Positions 21,801-33,800 of a stretch of 64,000 nt of DNA are shown here, one piece after another (the stretch's first letter is position 1; each line of letters begins with the position of its first letter). Source of the DNA: a virus (lineage: Duplodnaviria; Caudoviricetes); the IMG/VR virus record IMGVR_UViG_3300043410_001300, positions 2 to 64,001 of that record. The stretch is one strand, 5' to 3'. The translations under genes and the position numbers were made by a program. The notes beneath the pieces were generated by a model. That model was given only the letters and a program-made list of their open reading frames with translations, was not told where the DNA came from and searched no databases.

Positions 21801-24800
21801 GTCAGTATCAAATCTTACATCTCTGGTCATTGATCTATCACTAGCTAAGACAGTAGTAAAACTAACAGGCACTGGTATCACATTCAAGTTGTACAGCGTC
21901 AGAGTATCACAAGCAAGTGATCTAAGCGCATACTCGGAAGCAGTACCGTTCTCAGAATTCTCCACTCGTTTGAGTTGGATAGATGAAGACACCAATGGAA
22001 ACTGGTCAGTACTAGGCGCAGCGCCAGTGTATGAGAAGCAAAAAGGCACATTCGATGTAGATGAGAATGGCACTGATGTAAATCCCGGCATCGCCGGTTA
22101 CGGCAAGTCAGTAGCATACACTAGTGCTATTGGTGAACTAGTAGTTGCTAATGCTGGATTGTACAGAAATGGCGCTCTATTGGAGCCTATCTCTGGCTTA
22201 ACTGCGGTCGTAGCATCTGGGACAACCGCCATTTGCAGTACTCCGTCTACACTCTATGTATTAGACTTCTCAACTACAATACACACAAAAATACCAATCG
22301 ATGGAATTAATACTAACACTGGCGTAATGACGCTTAGTAAAGACACTAACTGGTTGTATGTTGCTACCGGCACTGTACTAACTACATACTTCAAAGTAGG
22401 AACTACCTACACGAAAGTAGCATCTACAACAGTAGACAGTGAAATCACAAGTCTAGCAACTGCCAAAGATGGCAGTAAAGTAATCGTAGGCGCCGGTAAT
22501 CAATCACTAGATGTGAACGGCGAGACATACTCGGAAGCCGGTGTAGTGTATGTGTATGACAGAGCAAGTCGTTCTTACTTACAAAATGTAACAGACTTAA
22601 CTAAGAAAGAATTTCCAGTACCCGCATCACGTGATCTAGTAAAAGCACAAGTCTATGTTAATGCCTCATTGAAGGAAGAGGGTGCTGGCGACACAATGTA
22701 CAAGATTGCCGGCAAGAAAATTATTTTCAATACGGCGCCACCTGTTGGTACAACAGTGTACATTAACTATGGCGAACTAACATTACAGCAGACAATCACT
22801 AGTGAAAAGAAACATATCGGTGCTAACTTCGGTCGCTCTGTTGCAACAAACAGATACGGCGCAGAAGTAATCATTGGCGCACCGTATGAACTAGCGACAG
22901 TCAACGAAGTAAAGAACGTTGAAGGTGCGGTCTACCGCTTCACTAACTCAGGTCAGCGCTACGGTACAGTTACTGCGACTGTAACTGATGCAGCGGTAGG
23001 TATTCTGTACATTGACGGCTTTGAAGTTCCATACAATACAGAAGATACAACTAATGACGCGGCAATTGTTGCTCTAAGATACACTGTATCTAAACGCAAT
23101 CGTGTAGCATATCAGATTAACTTGATTGAACCAACAAACGTAATTGCTACATATGGCGACACGCCCGTAATCAGCTTATATAATAAGACTGGCACGGCAG
23201 CGGTGCCTAACGATCAGATCGATATTGTTGGCGGTGACTGTATCGTGGGTAGCACTACTCAATCAGGAGCAAAATCACTTGAGAATATCGGCATCATGCC
23301 ATACACTAGAACTCAAGTACTCAACGACAAGAACTTAGACACAAATAGTCAGTTCGGCTGGACAGTAGCAGTTAATCAAGATGACAGTGATAGAGACAGT
23401 ATCATCGTCAGCGCTCGTTCAGTAGATACATTCAGTGAAACCACATTCGATTTCACTAACGATTTAAACGCGATGAATGATTGTATCTTCGATAACGGGG
23501 CTACAACATTCATAGACAAGTTCCCATTCACGGGCGGCGTGTATCAATATGATTATCTGCCATCGACGACTGAATCAATCGATGCACCAGGTAAATACAC
23601 ATTTGGTCAGTACTGTATCATTCCGACAACCGATGCGGAGCGTAATAAACAAGCAGCCGCACCGCACTATGGCGCAGCCTTATCATTTACTGACGGCGTA
23701 ATCACTATTGGTAGCCCAGACTGGTACAAAAACGGAACTGGTCGTGTCACCACCTTCAAAATCAACAGCAAGTCAACTAAGACAAGTAGTTGGTACATTG
23801 ATAAGCAACCTCTAACACAAGTTGATGTTGCTCGTCTAAGCACAATTTCTATCTACGACACTGAAACTAATAAGACATTAGACAGATTAGATTACATTGA
23901 CCCTGCGCAGGGCAAGATGCTATCAGCAGTAGAAACAAACATCGACGTTATTAGTCTCGTTGACCCAGCCGTTTACACATCAGGTCAAATATGGGGCGCA
24001 AATAAAGTAGGCACAACATGGTTAGATACATCAAACATTCGCTTGATGAACTACAATCAACCAGATGTAGTGTACAACTCACGCTACTTTGGTAGAGCAT
24101 TCCCTGGCAGTACTGCCGATATCTACACATGGATTAGCAGTTCTGTTCTACCCGTTGATTACAGTGGCAGTGGTTACACTACAAACTTTAACGACTACAC
24201 TAGTGCGACTATCATCGATAAGTCAAGTAACACACTAGCAACAGAATATTATTTCTGGGTCAAAGGCTACGAAGAAGTGCCACAAGGCAAAACTCTAAGT
24301 CCAACAGTACTAAGTCAGTACATCTTAAACCCAGCTAACAGTGGCGTGCCATTCTTGGCGGCAATCACTACAAATGTGGTGGCACTGTACAACGCACAAG
24401 ACAGTATTCAAAGTCACGCAAGTGCGCTACATTTAGGCTACAGTGTTGGTAATAATAGTGATCGTGGACATCAAGACTGGTCATTGATTCAAGACGGCAA
24501 CGATGAGTCATTCTTGTCTGGTATGCCACTAACTATCGATGGTGCACCATCTGGTATGTACTTGAAATATGTAACTAGCTTCATGGGTATGGAACTCAAT
24601 GGACTAGCAGTGCCTGATATGGAACTACCAAAACTAGTTCGCTACGGTACATCATTCCGTCCTCGTCAAAGTATGTTCGTTGACCGTGAACTAGCATTGA
24701 AGAACTATGTTCAGTATGCTAATAGCATCATGTCCAAATACACTATTACTGAAACTCGCGGTCTGTACTTGTTGAATCAAAGTTCATACATCACGGGTTC

Positions 24801-27800
24801 AGTAGTTGCCGAGTCAAGCACTAATATCTACATTACTACAGAAGCAGGTAAGACTGTTACTGGGTTGTACATCGGTCAACCAGTAGTGTTCAAGGGCAAC
24901 GCATACGGCGGTCTAGAAGCAAACAAGACCTACTACATTGTATCAACAGATACAGACAAGTATGGTCAGTACATTCGTGTAAGTGTTACACTAGGTGGCG
25001 CAGTAATATCTCTAACAGAATACACGGGCTCGATGAGTGTAAAACTATTTGATACTACTGATTACTGGAGTTATGCTGACTGGTGGGCCACTGGCTACAG
25101 CGCAAGTACAAAAGTCACGCTAGAAGTACAAACATACACTGACTTACTAACTATTGGTCAAGGTGAGCTAGTAGCCGGTGACTTCGGTAATGTAACACTC
25201 AGTGATGGGCTAGTTGCTCGTGTAGTCAAAAACGGTCAGGGCGTAAATGAATACTATGTTTATTCATCGACCACATCTAGTTGGACAAGAATTGGGCTAC
25301 AGAAAGGCACTATCTCAATCGATACTGCCGTTTACACAACTGTTGCTCCTATTCCATCTATGGAAATTTACTACATCATTCGTTGGATCGCAGAACAACT
25401 GTATGTAAATGAACTATTAATTGAGAACAACCAAAGTCTAATAATGATGTTCAACTTGATTCAAAGTGAAGGACAACAGCAACAGAACTATCTACCATGG
25501 TTGAATAAAACTAGTTTGATCGATGTCAAGCATACTATTCGTCAACTATTACCATACAAACAGTACAAGCGAGATACTCGCGAGCTAGTTGAAGGCTACT
25601 TGAAAGAAGTAAAACCTTATCATGTCTACATCAAAGACTTCTCATTCACATATGATGGCACAGAATACTACAACGGTAGCTTTACTGACTTCGATTTACC
25701 AGCTCAGTATGACACTACTACAGGTAAGTTCCTGAGTCCGCAATTAGCATACACTAGCACTGCTAGTGCCGATCAGTACTCTCCTACTAATACTATCTGG
25801 ACAGACGCTGCCTATAGCAGCTGGTTTAAAAACTATGGTCTAACAATCAGTAACTCACAGGTAAGTGCTATCTTAGTTACTGGTCTAACAGACGACCTAA
25901 GTAATACTGGTACATCAATCGTTGTTAACGAGTCATCTGTTCTACCAGTAAATGGCATCATCAAAATAGGCAATGAAACAATCAAGTACACTATCTTAGA
26001 TCGTTCAACAAACACTATCAGTGGTCTTACTCGTGGCCTAAACTTCCAACAACCAACCGATTATGCGGCCGGTACTAGTGTGTATCTACTTCCAGAAGCA
26101 GTGATGGTAATGGACAGTGGACGTGGCTACACCAGTTTACCAGCAATTACTGCTCACTATGATACTACCGAGTATCCTTACGCACCTCGAGAACAAGCAA
26201 CTTTTGTTGCGGGACTAACTGAAACCAAACTATCATCAGTTACTTTAACTAATTCTGGCAGCGGCTATCCAGTGCTACCAGAAATCAGAGTTGCTAGTAG
26301 TAGCATCACTGGTACTATTACATCTAGTCAAGTAGATATTGTACTACATCAAATTTATCTAGCAGGGCATCAGTTTGTTACAGGAGACTGCGTAATAGTA
26401 TCTAACATAGAAGATGATTCTAAAACAGTTGGTCTAAAGAACAATCGTTACTACTATGTGAACTCCGTAGACGAAGATCACATTGCTCTTTACAATTCAT
26501 ACCGAGACGCTCTAGTTGGTTACACCACAGTAGAAAAATCTCTTGCTTATGAAAGTATTAGTGTAACAAAAACTATTACGATATCTCAATCATTTGAGGT
26601 CGATGCTCTACCATTCAGAACTGGTGATCGCATCAAATTGATCCTAGCAAGCGCTCCATCTACGCCACTCTACTATTATGTAGAGAACTTAGGAGTAACA
26701 CCAGCAAGTGTGGTATCAGGTAAGCCATTAATCGCTCTCTACTCGACCTACTCTAAAGCTATGACTGGATTAACGAGTGACAGAGTATCCGTATCAGGCG
26801 TAGGTAGCATATCGAATTTACCGGACGTTGACGCTGACAGAGTAGCATTCACTTCAACTGATAAAGTTGATGGTGTGGTTGCTGTTACTGCTCGTGTCAA
26901 ACTATTTACAGACAATCTACCAACTCGTGAAATGCGAATCGGTATGAAGTTTGATCGTGTGTCATACTTGAGTTACGCTAAAGATTGGAATCAAGAAACA
27001 TCACTATTCGGCGACAGTGGTTGGGATACCGCTGCCTGGGGTAAAGGTATCTATTACTCTAAGAATCAACTAGCAGTGTACAATGGCACACTCTACCGCG
27101 CGAATAGAAATTTAAATACTACGGCTCTAGCAGACACATTCAATCTAGCATACTGGGATGAAGTAGATAGTAGTGACTTATCACTAACTGCAGCAGACAG
27201 AATTGCTGGCTTCTACAAGCCCAACGCAAATATGCCAGGATTCACTATGGACGATATGAGTCAGTTGATGACTGGTGTTACTAGTCCATGGCCTACAGTG
27301 AAAGACCCAGCATTTGCTGATACTAAGACATATGCTTTTGTGTCTGGTCAAGTAGATTTATCTAATCACACTGTACAACTTCGTGACACTAAACCAGAAG
27401 TAGTTACATATGTAGAACTAATTGATAGTACTAGTAATAATATTATCAACCTTACTGCTCTACCAGCCGTAACTGACACATCTAATGTTGGCATGACATT
27501 GAAATCAGTAGATAATGTTCGTATCGGCGACAGAATAAAGTTTGACGGCTCATTGATTGGTAACATTCTAAACAGTGACGGCACTGATTCTAAAGCCACA
27601 GTGAAAGACAAGAGTTATGTTATCAAGTCAATAAATGCCGCTAGAGACATTATCAGTATCAGTAATACTATGATTAATGGCACTATCGGTAACGCAGTAA
27701 CATTTACTGATGCCTCCGGATACATGACAGTTCTGCCTGTAGAATATTCTACTAGTAATCTCTATGCTAACGGCAACATTACTCTTAACACAACATCATT

Positions 27801-30800
27801 TGTTGAGAATAACTCCACTGTTCGCTTTAGTAATACAAGTGTCACGATTAATGCTACCAGAACATATTCTTCTACAAACTCAGCCACGCCTAATCAAATC
27901 TTAGTTGACACTACTAAGAATATTGCTACAGGCATGACAATCACATTCAGTGGAACATCATTTGGTAATATCAGTAACAGTACCACATACTTTGTAAAAC
28001 AGGTTATCGATACTAATCATATCACTGTGTCGGAAACTCTACTAGGAGAAGCTCACACACTAACTGCGAATACAGGAGCACTGACTGCTAAAGTAATAGG
28101 AACTTTTGGTAAGTACAATGTACAAGTAGCTTCGAATACCTACTCATCAAATAACTTCATTAGTGTTGGTTCAACTGATGGACTGTATGCTGGTATGCCA
28201 GTATCATTCACTGGTACAATGAACGGCGGATTGAGCAATATTAGTACCGTTGGAAATAATTACTATTCTGTAAACTCTGTAAGTACCTCTACATTATTTG
28301 ATATCAAATACACAAGTAATAACGCAGTAGTCACATTAGCAAATGGCAATAAAAAGATGCTTGCTACATTTATCGCAGATGGTATCATTAACGACAGTGA
28401 TTACTATGTAACATCAGTAAATGCTAATAACAATGTAACATTGAGTTCTACTGTTGGCGGCGGCACAGTAAAATTACTAAGCGCTACTGGCGTCATGAGT
28501 GCTGATATTAGTTCGTTCTATCTAACTAGCATTACTGATACAAAAGAACTTATCGTAAACTCATCAGATGCCGTTAACTCGTTAGCTATCGGCGACTCAA
28601 TTTACTTTACCGGTACATCGGTCGGCAATGTAGCAGTTGGTAACTCAACCACAAATCTTTACACAGTCAAATCATTGAATCCTGCTACCAACAAGATCAC
28701 CGTCGCAGAGATTGATAATTTATCACAGGCAAATGGTGGACACATGACAATGTGGAGAGTGGCAACACCAGTGAAGACGGCATTTGCTACTAGCGACATG
28801 GTGAAGGTAGTCTACACTTATCCTACCAATAGAACTACTGATTACTACTTTGTTCATAGCGTAGCTAATACACAGATAACTCTACATGATGATGCAACGG
28901 CGGCCGTTGACGGTAGTAACCCAGTGTATGTACCAGATGGAGCAATCGGTACTGTAATCAAGCCACAAACAATCGTGGCACTAACTGATCCTATTGGTTA
29001 CGACAGTGAGCTAAATCCTCGCGGGTTCAAGCCAGGCACTGCGCTAGAAATGACTTTTGAACAGTCAAGTAATCCTACTAACTTCGGTCTAGTGAATTAC
29101 AAGACTTACTGGGTCGGTATCATTGACAGTGTACATGCTGCAGTTTACGAAAGCAAAGATGATGCCGAGAACGACACTAACAGAATTCCTCTACTAAATC
29201 AAGTAGGTGGCCAATTCTTGTATGGTATTACTTATGATAGTATTATCAAGAGTCCACGTGATAATAGTGATACTCAAGTTGATATTGTTGGTGCATCATT
29301 CACAAGTGGCTACTCACCAGAAGAAATGGTAGCGGGTATCGTTACAGACGGCATCAACTTCACCGTTACAACTCGTCCAGGCTCAACTTGGGAAGCTACT
29401 GGCGCCGTAACAGTAGTGAACTCTAGTAATCTTACTGCCAATAAAAAGTACAAGATTGTATCTTTAGGCACAACTGACTGGAACACAGTGACTGGAATTC
29501 CAGGCGTAAGTTACAAAGCAGGAGACGAGATCATTGCCAGAACTAGCGATAGTGGTACAGGCACTGTGACCGCCGTTGAATACGGACACACTGGCTTTAA
29601 CATGGTCAGAATTAGTGCTGTTAATCCAAAAACTGTGTACTATCCAGACGGAACAAAGATTTACACTGATAGTACTAAGTCTACTCTAGTAAATGGCATT
29701 CAATTTAAAGACACCGTAGTGAATCCAGTGACAATTATCGTTTACGGTAATGACAACTATGGCCAAACTAGACTAACACCTACTACAAAGTATTTGACGG
29801 GTGACTACACAGTAGACTGGATTAATCAAGTAGTTACCTTTACTGCGGCTGGTTTAGCAAAAGGATATGTATCATATGATATCGTAGTGTACGAATTTGG
29901 TAACGGTAGCCACCTAGTTCGTAGTAGTAGCAAATACTATCCATTGAAGAAAGTTCAGGATAACAAAGACAGTGCTACAAAGACATACCACAGTGAAATT
30001 CATTTAGATGTACCGTACAGTCAAGTAGAGTTACCAACAAGCGATAACTTTGGTCTATCAACCATGGTATTTGCTGGAAGCACTACTTCAGATACTACTC
30101 CATTAACTTATCTAACTGATATCACTAATCCTGAATATGGTTCAACTGACCCATTAAATTTTGATTATGAAGATCACTACACTATCGAACCTCAGCGTCC
30201 GTATGACCCAGTGAATGATCCGTACAACCCAGCTAAGATCGTATTCTCTAAGTTGTACAGTAATGAAACTGACTATGTATCATTTGTATTAACCACTAAT
30301 GTAATTGGTATGTTCGTGGTGTCTACTACTGATATGAACTCAACATACATCATTGATGGTGTAGAATGCGTAAAGTATGTAGCACCTCTAAATGTAACAA
30401 CCTTTAATTCTCTTAAATTACTAGTATCACTAAACGATAGTCAATTAACTCCTAAGTCAATAGAGTACACCAATAACTTTGTAACTATCATGATCGATGC
30501 TAGTAAGATAAGCGTCAATAATAATATCAAAGTAAGTTACGATAGTAACGGCGCTGGCGCACCTATGACGCAATGGATTAACGCCGCTCAAGCAACAGCG
30601 ATCACCTTTATTGAGCCAGTTAACACTGTACTTAAATCTGTCAGTGTTACAGGTACAGGAGGCGAACTATCATTTCAATCAACGACTGTAAACTACGGCA
30701 CTGCTTGGGACAACACTAAGGAATACAAAGAAGGCGCAATCGTTCGTTACAGTGGAGCTAGATACTCTGCGGTGTCTAGTTCTATTGGTGATCCAAACTG

Positions 30801-33800
30801 GCATACCACAGTTGGCACTTGGGTACCTTCTGAATGGACACTAGCCGATATTAAAGTCGTCATTAGTGGTACATTGAATACTGTTGCCTCGTTCCCAGTG
30901 TGGGACGACTCGTCTGCTTACGCTATTGGAACCGTTGTTAACTATGGTGGTGCTCTGTATTCAGCTAATGTTGATATCACTGCGCCAGCCGATCCATTAA
31001 TTCCTAATACATGGAATGCTGCGGATTGGACACTAGTTCAAATGGCAACCATCACTGGTTACACCGGAACATCGACTACCTATGATCTAACTGCTTCTAA
31101 TAACAGTACTACTATTACCTTGTCTGGGGTGACTACTACGTCTGGTAGAACAGATGGCCTGACATTCACTGTTGTTGCTTCTACGGCGGTCACTCGTATT
31201 CCGTACACTTTGACAGGATTCCTCGGCGATGATAACTACAGTTCTATCGTAGTGAATAAGATTAGAGCGGATGGCTTCTTTGAGGGACACTCTACCATTG
31301 AGATGAAGGTCAATGATGTGGTGACTATCACAGGACTTTACACTCCAGATCCACAGAATCCACCGATCGCGGGTTACCATTCACCTAAGAAATATTACAT
31401 TGCTGAAACTGATGGGTACTCAATCTTTAAGTTGACTAGTTACTTCGGCGGCGTGCCCGATGTAGCTGTAACTGCTGGTCCAACTACTGGGTTAACGTTC
31501 AGTTTACAAAATAACTTAGTTGTGGAAATTGATGGTCTACGTGTCGATGGTCCTTCAGCTACCCAGACTTATCGTAAAATTATTCAAGTTGGTAAAGACG
31601 AATTGAAGTTATCATATCCAACACCGGTTTATGGTATCAACGAGTTCGATATCAATTACTTCACTGTATTGGTAAATGGTTCAACTATCCCCCAAGTTAA
31701 TCCTTCTAATACAGCACAAGTTAACTGGTCATTAAATTATGACTTTGCTAAGGGACAGTTCTATCAGTTTGATGCTGACTTCATCAACGCTGTATTCAAT
31801 CCAGTGATACCAGCCACTGATGCTCAAATTGCTAGCGGAGCATGGGGTTTCTTCGATGATGGCACACCATTTGATAACCAATCATCATTCAATGTGGTAT
31901 TTAATCCTACTTATCTATCATTGAAGACAGGAGATATTGTTACCTTATCATATCAAGTTCCTGGTCAGATTCCACCTGATACGTTTACTATCACAGTTAA
32001 TGATAATAAACTAGGCGGAACTATCAATATTATCACTAGTGCTATACCATCAGTTAATTCTAAGGTAGCAATTACATCGTTTGGTAGAACAACTAATCAA
32101 AGTTTAAGAACTCAGCGAGTTACAGACGCTACAATCAATGTTATTCCTAGAATTTCTACATTAGTAAATACAACTACTGGTTCTCCATTCAAAGGTCTAG
32201 TTATTGATGGTACTAATCCACCATTATTAACACTAGATGCCGCTCATAGTTTGACTACCAAGAGCCCACTACAGCAAGTAATCATTCACGGTACCGCCAT
32301 ACGTTCAATGGACGGCCGCAGATTCTACACAAGTGATACTAACTACAAGACAGGAGCAACAGTACAAGATAAATCACGACAAGTTTATTTGTACAACATT
32401 GATAATCCAACGTCTTCTACCGGATGGGATACTACTGCTATTGCGGGGCCTTTCTCATTAACTGGAAGTAGTTATCTTCAATTATTGAACATTGCTAATA
32501 CCGCTGAATCAACTATCGCTATTAACCCACTAGTAATTAATCAACCTGCTGGATTTAAGATGACTAACGTTGATAGATTGTATGTTAGTATTATCTATGG
32601 TCCAAATTCCGGTTCAATGATCGGTCATCGTGAGTATGTACCTACTTCTAAATTGAGCTATGTCCAGTATGAAGATGTGAGTACGCTTCTAATCAGACAA
32701 GCGGTAGCCCCAGGCGATGAAGTACTAATAACAAGCATGGTGCCTACAGCTAGTCCTAATGAAGGTAAATTCAGAATTAATAATACATGGAACATTGTGT
32801 CTGGTGAACCTAATTCTACCACACTACACAGAGAAAATCAAGTATCAAGAACATATGTAACTAATGTGTATTCTGATACTGATGGAACTATTACTTCATT
32901 CAGAGTTAACAACCCACATGCTCTAGTTAAGAAAGCAGTATTCTCTGGTACAGATTCCGTATTAGGATCTAGAACCCTAGATATTGATTCCGTTACTGGA
33001 CTGTATTACTGTACAGTTGACAATGTGAACAACAAACAAGTTGCTAATATTGTAGTTACTGCTCCAGGTACCACTACTCCTATTACCAGTGAGTTTAGTT
33101 TCGTTGGTGTATCTAATGCGACCACTGTAAAAATTCTATTCAATACTAGACCAGTGGATGCTTCTGGTATCTATCTAACAAAGGTTGATGTTACTATCTC
33201 TGCTGGTAATACGGTAATGATTAACGGTGAGCAACTACGTTACACTAATATCAACTTAGATTACAGTAGTCCTAGTTACGGTATCATAACTGGATTATTC
33301 AGAGGTCTAAACACTACTGGTGATAAAGAAATCAAGGTCTATGATATTGTACAAAGTATCTTGGATGAGAATATCAGTGATACTGGCAATCTCAATAAGA
33401 CATGGTACAGTAACATAATTGAGACTACATTGCCTAGTGCCAATAGTGTTGCGGGTGTTCATACATTCCCGTATGTAGCTACTATTAGTAGTGACGGCAC
33501 TTCTACTCTACCAGAAATTGGTATGGTGAAATCTGGTGACACAATCGCATTTAAGACACAAACAGTAAAAGTAACTACTGGTGGTAACATCACAGTAACT
33601 GATTACATATCTTCTAATGTAACTGCTAATGTGATTTACACAAATGCTAGTAGTGAAGAGTATGTGTATGCTACTTATTATGGAAATTACTCATCGACGT
33701 ATCAAACAATGGAACTGGTATCTACTGCCGGTATCACAATCGGTATGTACATTACCGGCAACGGTGTGGCCGCTGATACGACAGTTACTCAAATCTTTGG

